Below are positions 32,106 through 40,544 of a DNA stretch of 64,000 bases, piece by piece. Within the stretch, counting starts at the first letter, position 1. The number at the start of each line of letters is the position of its first letter. This DNA comes from Verrucomicrobiales bacterium (lineage in GTDB: Bacteria > Verrucomicrobiota > Verrucomicrobiia > Verrucomicrobiales > V1-33), in assembly GCA_031411295.1 (NCBI GenBank), contig JANOAV010000038.1, positions 32,001-96,000 of the forward strand, given 5' to 3'. A program made the position numbers and the translations under genes. A model generated the notes under the pieces. That model was given only the letters and a program-made list of their open reading frames with translations. It searched no databases and was not told the origin of the DNA.

Positions 32106-33462
32106 ATGCGTGTGCACCTGCGATCAAGCGGAGTTCAAACTCCGTGCCTTGATCATCGGATCGCAGCAGCCCTAACGTGCCGCCTTGGGCTTCGGCCAGG
32201 CTGCGGGCGATGTTGAGGCCGAGGCCGTGGCCTTTGATGTTTTCTCCCACATCACCCCGATAGAAGCGCTCGAAGAGATGCTCCTGGCTGCTGGGAGAGA
32301 TCGGGGTGCCAGTGTTGGCAATGCGGATCCACGGGCCTTGGGGATCGGTGCCGGCTTTGATCCAGATGTGACCGCTTTCCGGGGCGTATTTGACCGCGTT
32401 CTCCGTGAGGTTTTGTAAAATGATATTCACCCGCTTGGGATCTGCCAGAGCAGTTAGGGTGGGCGGAACGTCGGTTTCCAAAGTGAGTTGTTTGCTTTGG
32501 CAAAGGGCCGCGACATCGTCTGCGGCAGCCAGCACACTTTCTGCCAGATCCACGTTGCTGGGTTCTACGCTGAGTCGGCCGGCATCGATCTGCGCCAGCA
32601 AGAGCAGGTCTTCGACCAAGGTGGACAAGCGGCGGGTTTGTTTGCGCAGTTCCGCTACTTCGGTTTGTTCTTCCGAGGTTAGATTGGCGGATTTTCCCAG
32701 CGAGTCCAAGCCGGCCCGCAAAATGGTGATGGGCGTCTTGAGTTGATGCGAGGCGTCGGCGGAGAAGCGGGCAGCGGCACGGTAGGCTTTCTGCAGGCGG
32801 TCAAATGAAGCGTTCAACACGTGGGTTAGTTGAAAGATTTCATCTTTGGCCTTGGGCAACGGAAGCCGCTCCTCGGGTTGGGAGGCGCTGATCTTCTGGG
32901 CCGCAGCGGAGAGGACACTAACGGGTCGCAAGGCACGCACTCCCAGCAACCATCCGCCAAGGAAAACGAAGACCCCTGTCAGCGGAATCAAGAGAATCAC
33001 CGACTGCATGAGGTCGTGCTGCATCTCTTCAATGGTGCCGAGCCGGGTTCCCAGATGGATCGTTAGGTAACCGTGGCCGAAACTGCCGATGCGGCAGTTG
33101 CGGCCGGAAATTTCAATCGTCTGGCTCCCTAGCGGCAGCGAGGAAAGGTCGTTTTTACCGAGATTGGCGGACTTCCGCAAGGTCTGGCCTTCAGGTCCGA
33201 GGATTTGATAGTAACGCCGCCGGAGCGCTTCTGGGATGAAGCGTTCATCAATGGGTTTGCGGATGTAATCGGTGGGTGCATTGCTGAAGTTCGTGATGTC
33301 CCGAATGATCTCCCGGGCGTTCTCTTCCAGTTCGCGATCCAGTTCCCGAATCTGATAGCGATAAACCAATGGTCGCACTGCCAGCAGACTCGCGACGAGC
33401 GCCACCATGGTGAGCACAGCGGCATAGGCCCCAAATTTCTGCTTCAGCGGCCAACTTCTCAT
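32104..33462 (-). CDS. Sensor histidine kinase (2 TM, HAMP, HisKA, HATPase; CusS/CzcS/QseC-like architecture)
   Basis: Start MRSWPLKQK at 33462. H-box ADASHQLKTP, N-box NLTENAVKY, FERFYRG, GHGLGLNIA. Confidence 0.92.
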   Translation of the reverse strand: MRSWPLKQKFGAYAAVLTMVALVASLLAVRPLVYRYQIRELDRELEENAREIIRDITNFSNAPTDYIRKPIDERFIPEALRRRYYQILGPEGQTLRKSANLGKNDLSSLPLGSQTIEISGRNCRIGSFGHGYLTIHLGTRLGTIEEMQHDLMQSVILLIPLTGVFVFLGGWLLGVRALRPVSVLSAAAQKISASQPEERLPLPKAKDEIFQLTHVLNASFDRLQKAYRAAARFSADASHQLKTPITILRAGLDSLGKSANLTSEEQTEVAELRKQTRRLSTLVEDLLLLAQIDAGRLSVEPSNVDLAESVLAAADDVAALCQSKQLTLETDVPPTLTALADPKRVNIILQNLTENAVKYAPESGHIWIKAGTDPQGPWIRIANTGTPISPSSQEHLFERFYRGDVGENIKGHGLGLNIARSLAEAQGGTLGLLRSDDQGTEFELRLIAGAHA

Positions 33463-34141
33463 GTGCGGCAGGATTGAGGCGGTAGCCGACGCCACGCACG
33501 GTCTCGATGAGGGGCTGGGGCCGACCTTCGTCCAGTTTCTTCCGCAGTCGCATGATAAAGATTTCCACGGTGCGGGTATCGTATTCGTGTTCGCGTTGCC
33601 AGATGCGTTCGCAGATTTCGTCGCGACTGAAGGTGCGGCCTGGCTCCTTGAGGAAGAACGTGAGCACTTCGAATTCACGTGGGGAAAGACTAATCACTTC
33701 AGATGCGCGCGTCACCTTGCGTTGCAGGATGTCCATTTTGATATCGGCCACCTGCAATGTTTGGCTGGCAACGGGCGCGCTTTGGCGGCGGCCTAGGGCT
33801 TCGATGCGGGCCAGCAGTTCGTCCATGGAGAAGGGTTTGGTGAGGTAGTCATCAGCCCCACTTTTGAGTCCATTGATGCGATCCGCCACTTCTCCGCGGG
33901 CGGTCAACATAAGCACGCGAGTGTCATCGCCCGTCTTGCGCAGTTGGCGCAGGACTTCGAAGCCATCATAGCCACCGGGCAGATTCACATCCAGCACGAT
34001 CATGTCCAAGCGCTCCTTCTGCGCACACTCCAAGCCTGCGGGACCATTGGCTGCCGTATAAACCTCATGCCCCGCGTTTTTCAGCGCCTTCGCGATTTGT
34101 TTGGCGAGTTGAGGTTCGTCTTCGACGTTGAGGATGGTCAT
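33248..34141 (-). CDS. OmpR/PhoB-family response regulator (C-terminus likely over-extended by an indel)
   Basis: MTILNVEDE, VLDVNLP, GADDYLTKPF, LSPREFEVL, IETVRGVGYRL. The natural end is expected near 33459 with an ATGA overlap. Confidence 0.92.
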   Translation of the reverse strand: MTILNVEDEPQLAKQIAKALKNAGHEVYTAANGPAGLECAQKERLDMIVLDVNLPGGYDGFEVLRQLRKTGDDTRVLMLTARGEVADRINGLKSGADDYLTKPFSMDELLARIEALGRRQSAPVASQTLQVADIKMDILQRKVTRASEVISLSPREFEVLTFFLKEPGRTFSRDEICERIWQREHEYDTRTVEIFIMRLRKKLDEGRPQPLIETVRGVGYRLNPAAHEKLAAEAEIWGLCRCAHHGGARRESAGSATIGLSLSDSGTGSRTGRERPGDHSGHHELQQCTHRLHPQTH

Positions 34142-34219
34142 GGCAGCAGGGAGTTCGGAGGGATGATAAGGGAGAAATGGATTGCAGGCAATGATTGCTT
34201 TCCTGCCTGGGTTCCTACA

Positions 34220-34256
34220 GAAATCCCGTGTTGTGGGGAGCACAGCACGGGATTTC
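34220..34256 (-). terminator. 16-bp hairpin downstream of Asp-rich gene 2 (no U-tract)
   Basis: GAAATCCCGTGTTGTG-gggag-CACAGCACGGGATTTC, with one non-Watson-Crick position. Confidence 0.55.
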
Positions 34257-34274
34257 GCAGAGTTTAAATGATTG

Positions 34275-36047
34275 TTAGCTGGGCGGTGCTACCGGAGCGG
34301 TGCCTGTGAAGAAAATAACTTCCCCCTGACTGAGGCTGACGGGGAGTCCGGCTACGGCAAAGTCTAACAAGAGTTCTGCGGGATCGTTGGGGTTAAGTTC
34401 GAAGCGAATTTTACCCTCGCCAGCCACGACGATAATCATTCCGCGCGCAGTCCCGCCTACGTTTAGGGTGTAGGTGCCAGCGGCCAGATGTTCTACCTCC
34501 ACTTCCATGGAGACCACGCCTGCGATGCCGAACTGCACTTGGATTTCGCCCTTGGCGGTCAACGGAGCGCTGGCCGTGGGACTTAGAGAGGAAACGATGG
34601 CTGCGCCACCGCCGTTATCTCCACCAGTTCCAGCGCCACCATCTCCCGGAGCGATTGGCAGCGTGCCTGTGAAGAAGATGTTGGCACCTTGAGCGATGAC
34701 CACCGGCAGTCCTGAGATCGGGAAATTCAGTCCCAGTTCACCTTCGCTAAGGGTGGGGGAAACATCAAATTTCAATTCTCCTTCGTTTCCACTAACAATG
34801 ATGGATCCGCGCACGGTGCCATCCACGAGGAAACTGTAAGTGCCGGCGGGCATGGATTCCAATTCCACCTGAAGTTTCTTGGCTCCGGTTAGGCTCCATT
34901 CCACTTCGATCTTGCCTTTGGCTGCTACACTGGCAGCAGGTCCACGGAGGAGGCTGACGTTCCCGGGAGTCGTGGTGGTGCCGCCACCGGTGTAGGTAGG
35001 CGGAGTAGGAACGATGCCCGTGAAATAGGTGATGCCATTGCGGCTGATGATGATGGGTTTACCGATGACTTCAATGGTGAGGTTGATCTCGTTGGCCGCG
35101 TTGGCATTGGTTTCCCATTCCTGTTCGCCTTCCAGATCGCCCCCGTCCTGGATCATATTGAGCTGGCCGATCAGCGTTCCGTCCACGGTTACATCGTAAG
35201 CCCCAGCGGGGAAGTCCCGGCCGTCCACCTCCATTTCGATCTTACCGGTCGCCATGCGTTGGATTTTGACCTGGGCCCGGCAGCCAGAGGGAGCGTTGGC
35301 GGTCTTCGTCAGGGTGATTTGCACTTCCTGTTCGTCGGCTTCCTCGTGGTGGTCGGCATCGTTATTGTCGTCCTCGCCATCGTTGTCGTCATCGTTGTCG
35401 TCGCGATCCTTCATGCCGTCGCCATCGTCATCGTCCTCGTCCGTGGCAGCATTTAGTTTACCATCGCCATCAATGTCTTCGTCCACGGAAGCGGAGTTGC
35501 CATTGTTGTCGCCATCAATGTCGTCGTCCGAACCATCGGAGTTGCCATCACCATCAATGTCCATTTCAGAGTCATCGTCATCGCTCAGACTGTCGCCATC
35601 GATGTCGTCTTCCGAGAGATCGTCGTCCTTACGGCCATCGCCATCAATGTCCATTTCAGCGGCGGAGCTATCGAGGCGACGATCGCCATCGATGTCCAAT
35701 TCCAGTGCATCGTCATCCCTCTTTCCGTCACCATCGATGTCAGACTCCGCCAGGGAGTCATCATCCTGCCCGTCGTCATCAATGTCTTTTTCCGCCGGGC
35801 TGTCGTTGTTGACGTGGTCTCCGATGTATTTCCCGGCAAAAGGACCGTATTTGCAAATGCCGCCATCGACGTTGTCGTCCAGCGCGTTGGGGATGCCGTC
35901 ATTGTCGATGTCAGGATCCACGATGTTCGGGATGCCGTCGCCATCGAGATCTGGAGCCACCCCGGCAGACATCGCAGGCGCACCGAAGCACAGGACCAGG
36001 AGGGTCGCTGCGGTGGCTGCGGATTTGGTAAGGGATTTTTTAATCAT
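34275..36047 (-). CDS. Secreted Asp-rich DxDxDG repeat protein 2 with three C-terminal beta-rich repeats
   Basis: Signal peptide; N-terminal cap paralogous to 29137-30075; about 9 ExDIDGDG units; three ~105-aa domains (EVE...AGxY...VxGxxxGxI...EG...FxGxxP). Confidence 0.85.
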   Translation of the reverse strand: MIKKSLTKSAATAATLLVLCFGAPAMSAGVAPDLDGDGIPNIVDPDIDNDGIPNALDDNVDGGICKYGPFAGKYIGDHVNNDSPAEKDIDDDGQDDDSLAESDIDGDGKRDDDALELDIDGDRRLDSSAAEMDIDGDGRKDDDLSEDDIDGDSLSDDDDSEMDIDGDGNSDGSDDDIDGDNNGNSASVDEDIDGDGKLNAATDEDDDDGDGMKDRDDNDDDNDGEDDNNDADHHEEADEQEVQITLTKTANAPSGCRAQVKIQRMATGKIEMEVDGRDFPAGAYDVTVDGTLIGQLNMIQDGGDLEGEQEWETNANAANEINLTIEVIGKPIIISRNGITYFTGIVPTPPTYTGGGTTTTPGNVSLLRGPAASVAAKGKIEVEWSLTGAKKLQVELESMPAGTYSFLVDGTVRGSIIVSGNEGELKFDVSPTLSEGELGLNFPISGLPVVIAQGANIFFTGTLPIAPGDGGAGTGGDNGGGAAIVSSLSPTASAPLTAKGEIQVQFGIAGVVSMEVEVEHLAAGTYTLNVGGTARGMIIVVAGEGKIRFELNPNDPAELLLDFAVAGLPVSLSQGEVIFFTGTAPVAPPS

Positions 36048-36087
36048 GGGGTGCTGTCATTTGAAGGATTCAATGGCGCTCGCAACT

Positions 36088-36145
36088 ATACTAGGCTGCC
36101 AGGGGCATTTCTGCAAAATTTCTAGGGTAACGAGTTGGTTGGAAT
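36088..36145 (-). promoter_or_regulatory. Putative sigma70 promoter with upstream motif copy 5
   Basis: Motif GTAACGAGTTGGTTGGAAT (36127-36145), 10 nt gap, -35 TTGCAG (36111-36116), 17 nt spacer, -10 TAGTAT (36088-36093). Confidence 0.6.
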
Positions 36146-36213
36146 TTACGCAGGCTTGATAAATCAAGGATTGGGCGGGACGGAAATTTCGAAAAAATGC
36201 GTTCATCTGGCTG

Positions 36214-38862
36214 TTAGTGGGTGGCGGTTAAGCGGTAAAATTGATGTCCGGGGCTGAACGGCACCGTGAGTTGCAGGGTGCAAATGGGGCCCTCAGTGGC
36301 GATCACTTGCGGCGTGATGGGCGTGGGCGTCCAGTTGCCAGCCAGGGTGGGGCTCTGTTGCACGCTAAGCACCACATCGCCTGCTCCCAGGCACTTTTGA
36401 AACGTCAACTGTAGGTCATTCCCGGCTTGGGCCACCTTCATGCCGCCGCCGGGGTCGGCCACCGTGGGCAGGGTGCCCTGGGCATACTCCACGAGATTCG
36501 GGATGCCATCTCCGTCCGCGTCCGCGCTGTCGGCCGCCAGGGCTGATCCCAAGTGCGCCAGTTTCCATCGGCTGTAGGCAGGCATGGCATCAGCCACGCG
36601 GAAGACCACCCCGCCGCCGTTGGTGCCACCAGCAGCAGTGAAGCCGAGCAGTTCCCCACTCGGGGTGAAGGACAGACCGCCAGCCACAGGATTACTTCCA
36701 ACGCTGGTGGCAGGCCGCCCCGGGGCGTTGCCGCCATTTCCCGTGAAGGAAATGAGAGTCGTTAGTCCCGTCAGCGCCTCGTAGCGAAAGACCGTGCCCA
36801 TCCCGCCGGTCCCGCCTGCCGCCGTCATGCCGTAGAGCGCGGCATCTGGTCCCACCGTGAGCGTGCCCACGGGCTGGGTGCCCGTGAGTGAGGTAAATTC
36901 TGCCACGGCACTCCAGGTGTTGGTGCTGGGATCCACCCGCAGCAGAGTGCCTCCATTGGTCGTCCCGCCGAGGCTGGTGGTGCCATAGAGAAATCCATCC
37001 GTGCCCGTTACCAAGCCGCCCAAGGGCGTGCGTGGACCGCTCGCAGTAAACTCTGCCAAGACCGTGGGCGTGCCCGCTGCGCTTAGACGGAAGAGCGTGC
37101 CGGCGTTCGCGCTGCCGCCGGATTCCGTTAACCCATAGAAGTAGGTATTGGCCGCCAAAGCCAGCGGTCCCCGCGGGCGCTGGCCTTTCACCGCTCCCGA
37201 ACTTCCCGTGAACGAAACCAGCCGCGTCCGACCTCCGGCGGTAGTAACGCGCGTTAGAGAACCCAGCGAAACCGACCCGCCCTCCCGACTCGATCCATAC
37301 AGCGCCCCGTCCTGCCCCCGCACCAACGGACCTTCTGCCGCCGAACCAATCCCCACGCTGTGATTGGCCACCAGGTTCAACCCGCTCGCATTGTAAATGT
37401 AAGTTGTGCCCCGATTCGACCCGCCACCTGCAGTCGTGACTCCATAAAAATCAGTCCCCACTTTCAGCAAACCACCGCTGGGAGCTGCGCCCGCCGCGCC
37501 ACCGAAGTCCGCCACCGCAGCCACGCTGGCAACGGCATTCGTGAACGTCAGCCGCACCATGGTGCCAGCTCCCGCGCCCCCGCCTTCCAGCAACGGGCAG
37601 AGCCACGTGGTGGCGGATTCAGCCACTGGGGCTCCGGCCGGATTCCAACCTAAGGCAGTGGAGAAGTTCCCCAAATTCGTGAATCCACCAGCGGGAGTGA
37701 CTTTGTAAACATTTCCCCGATTCCCCCCGCCGCCGGCACTCGTGGCCCCCCAGAAATTTCCATCCGTGCCCAGCACCAACCCCGCCCTGCTTGCGGCACC
37801 AGTAACCAAGCCAGAAGCGCCTGTGAAATTCACCAGCACCGTCGGCACGCCCCCGGTCGTCATTTTAAAGATCACCCCGGAACCATTGGTGCCGCCCCCG
37901 GCCGTAGTGCCATAGAATAAACCGTCCGCGCCCTTTACCAGCGGCCCCATCGGCTGCGAACCCGTGGCATCGGCAAAATTCCGCAGCGTCGTAAATACCG
38001 GGGATGCCGCCGTCGTGATCTTGAACGCCGTGCCGAAATCCGTATTCGATCCCCCATATTCCGTCGTGCCATACAAGGCCGTGTCCGCCGCATTGTAAAA
38101 CAAACCGGCTGCGGGAGCTGAGCCCAGTCGGGTGCCCGTGGTGCCGGTAAACTCCGTCATCAACGTGTAGGCGCCAGCCGTCGTGAGTTTGTAAATCACC
38201 CCCAGGCCATTCGCCCCGCCCGCCTTCGTCACGCCATAGAGCGTGCTCCCGTTAAACGTCAGCGCCCCCACCGGTTCTGCGCCCTTGGCGACTCCCGTCG
38301 TCCCGGTGAATTCCAGCAACGTGGAAAATAGACCGGCCGAAGTCAGTTTAAACACCGTGCCGAAACCACCCGTGCCACCCGCCTGAGTCAGCCCGTAGAA
38401 ATTGCCATCGGAATGCTGCACCAGGCCAGCAGGGATGGATCCCTTGGCCGCTCCGGCAGTGCCGGTGAAATTTACCAAACTCGTGAATTGCCCCGTCAGC
38501 GAAATGCTGAACACCATCCCGAATCCATTCGTCCCGCCCGCCGAAGCCGTCCCGTAGAGCAAGCCATCCGTGCCCCGAATCAGACTCGCAGCCGGACCTG
38601 ATCCAGTCGATGCGGTGAAGTTGTAAATGGTCGTCAGCCCCCCCGCGGGAGTCATCCGATAAATCGTGCCCGCATCCTCCGGACCGCCGGCCACCGTGGT
38701 GCCATAGAAATTTCCATCGGATCCTTCCACCAACGCCGTCAGCGGTTGGGCGCCCGGCAGCACGAATTCGTGGAGCGACTCGAACGTAGCCGCCCCTGCC
38801 GCCTGCCATGACCGACAAACCGCTAATACCACCAGCAAAAAAAGCTTCACCTGAAAATGCAT
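36214..38862 (-). CDS. Secreted GloVer (TIGR03803) tandem-repeat protein
   Basis: About 14 repeats of GxxPxxxLxxGxDGxxYGTTxxGGxxxxGTxFxx; then DADGDGIPNLVEYAQGTLP and the C-terminal module. Confidence 0.88.
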   Translation of the reverse strand: MHFQVKLFLLVVLAVCRSWQAAGAATFESLHEFVLPGAQPLTALVEGSDGNFYGTTVAGGPEDAGTIYRMTPAGGLTTIYNFTASTGSGPAASLIRGTDGLLYGTASAGGTNGFGMVFSISLTGQFTSLVNFTGTAGAAKGSIPAGLVQHSDGNFYGLTQAGGTGGFGTVFKLTSAGLFSTLLEFTGTTGVAKGAEPVGALTFNGSTLYGVTKAGGANGLGVIYKLTTAGAYTLMTEFTGTTGTRLGSAPAAGLFYNAADTALYGTTEYGGSNTDFGTAFKITTAASPVFTTLRNFADATGSQPMGPLVKGADGLFYGTTAGGGTNGSGVIFKMTTGGVPTVLVNFTGASGLVTGAASRAGLVLGTDGNFWGATSAGGGGNRGNVYKVTPAGGFTNLGNFSTALGWNPAGAPVAESATTWLCPLLEGGGAGAGTMVRLTFTNAVASVAAVADFGGAAGAAPSGGLLKVGTDFYGVTTAGGGSNRGTTYIYNASGLNLVANHSVGIGSAAEGPLVRGQDGALYGSSREGGSVSLGSLTRVTTAGGRTRLVSFTGSSGAVKGQRPRGPLALAANTYFYGLTESGGSANAGTLFRLSAAGTPTVLAEFTASGPRTPLGGLVTGTDGFLYGTTSLGGTTNGGTLLRVDPSTNTWSAVAEFTSLTGTQPVGTLTVGPDAALYGMTAAGGTGGMGTVFRYEALTGLTTLISFTGNGGNAPGRPATSVGSNPVAGGLSFTPSGELLGFTAAGGTNGGGVVFRVADAMPAYSRWKLAHLGSALAADSADADGDGIPNLVEYAQGTLPTVADPGGGMKVAQAGNDLQLTFQKCLGAGDVVLSVQQSPTLAGNWTPTPITPQVIATEGPICTLQLTVPFSPGHQFYRLTATH

Positions 38863-38973
38863 ACCGCGGAGGCTACCACTTTTCCCAAAGAAAGCACCAG
38901 AGTTTCATTGTAACCGAGTAGTTACGTTTATTCATTTTCCAAAAGCCACCGCCTCGTGCATGCTTCGGGGTCT

Positions 38974-40430
38974 ATGTTCCCTCCGCTCCGAAACGGTTCT
39001 CTCCTGACCAACTGCCTGCTCGTGCTGAGCGGAGCGGTGCTGGGGTCAGTGGGCACCCTCGTGCTGTGGAAGCAGTTCGGCAGCACCCCATCCCTTTCCA
39101 CTGCGGCCGTATCCGCAGAGGAATCCAAAAAGTCGCCACCCCGGAACTCGGCGCTTCACCGCCGGGGTGGCGATCCTTTGATCAAGGAGGAGCAAATTTT
39201 AGCCGCAAACGATCCTCGGCACAAGTCGGATGATTTGCGAAATCTCGGGCAGGAAGTGGCCGATCAAGACTTGGCCCAAGCCATCGCCATGGCAGATGCG
39301 TTGAAGAACGAGGATGACCGCCTGAGCTTTTATCGGGGCATCATGACCGCCTGGGCCGCGCGCGATCCCCTGGCCGCCGCTGCCTATGCGAAGGCCAATT
39401 TCCACCCCGGCAGCCTGCAAAGCGAGTCGCTCAGCATCGTGTTAGGGAAATGGGGGGCGCCGATCCCCAAGCCGCCTACCTCTGGGCGGAAAATAATCTA
39501 TCCGGGCCGGTCAAAGACGAGAGCATTAACTCGCTGGTGCAGAACTGGGCGCTAACCGCCCCGCAGGCCGCCGCCAAATGGTATGAAGCCACCGGCAACA
39601 CCAATCACGGGCTGCTCAACTCGCTCGCAGGAGCTTGGGCCAGCAATGATCCCGTAGCCGCCGCCAAGTGGGTTGAGAAACTGCCTGATCCCAAGAATCG
39701 GGAAATTGGTCAAGTAGCCGTCGCTGGACGCTGGGCTGCGCAGAATCCAGAGGACGCCGCCGCCCACTACACCCCGGTCATTGCCGCCGCCAAGACCTCG
39801 GGCGACAAGAGTTCCACCGCCATCAACCTCGCCACCGTTCTCAGCGATATCTGGGGCACCACCAACCCCAGCGCAGCCGCCGACTGGGTGCAGAAGCTCC
39901 CCAACGGACCAGGCCGGGAAGAAGCCGCCAGCACCCTGGCCACCGTCTGGGCCGCGCAAGATATTCAGGCCGCCCTGAAATGGAGCGAAACGCTGGACGC
40001 AGGTGTGCGCAGCCAAGTGGTCGAACATTTGGCCACCACCTGGGGAGCCATCGAGCCCGACAAAGCCGTCGCTTGGGTGCAAACTCAGCCGGTCAATTTC
40101 CAAAAAGATGCCGCCGCCGGAGCCTATAATTCATGGGCCGGCACGGATCCCGTGGGCCTCCAGGATTGGATCGACCACGATTCCGCCGGCCCTTACAGCG
40201 ACACCGCCCGCCACAGCCTGGCCGATGTTTACAACGACACCAATCCCACCCAGGCCATCAACTTGGTCCTCGGCCTCAAAGACGCCAACACCCAGGCCGA
40301 CGTCATCGGTCGCTACTTCCGCAAATGGCGCAGCACCGACAACGCCGCCGCTCAAGACTGGCTCCAAACCGAATGGCCCACCCTGCCCACCGGAGTGCAA
40401 CGGAAGCTAGCTGAAGAGCAGAAACGCTAA
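38974..40430 (+). CDS. Membrane-anchored helical-repeat protein paralog 2; frameshift at G6 (39452-39457)
   Basis: N-terminal TM and WAARDPLAAAAY repeats. Adding one G gives KWGGADPQAAYLW, joining the two tracked ORFs. Collinear with 27597-28988. Confidence 0.8.
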
Positions 40431-40544
40431 AGCAGTCAACCTGACCAGCGCACCGCTGCACCATGAGCTGGAGTCCCGCCTAGGCTGAACAACACGAAAA
40501 GCGCTACAGGCCAGGACGCTGAGCATGATCCTTCGCCTGAAGGC

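Noticed and set aside
33248..33460. Novel 70-aa C-terminal extension of the response regulator
   Set aside because: It overlaps the kinase in another frame. One extra base near 33470 restores a standard ATGA overlap, so an indel is more likely.
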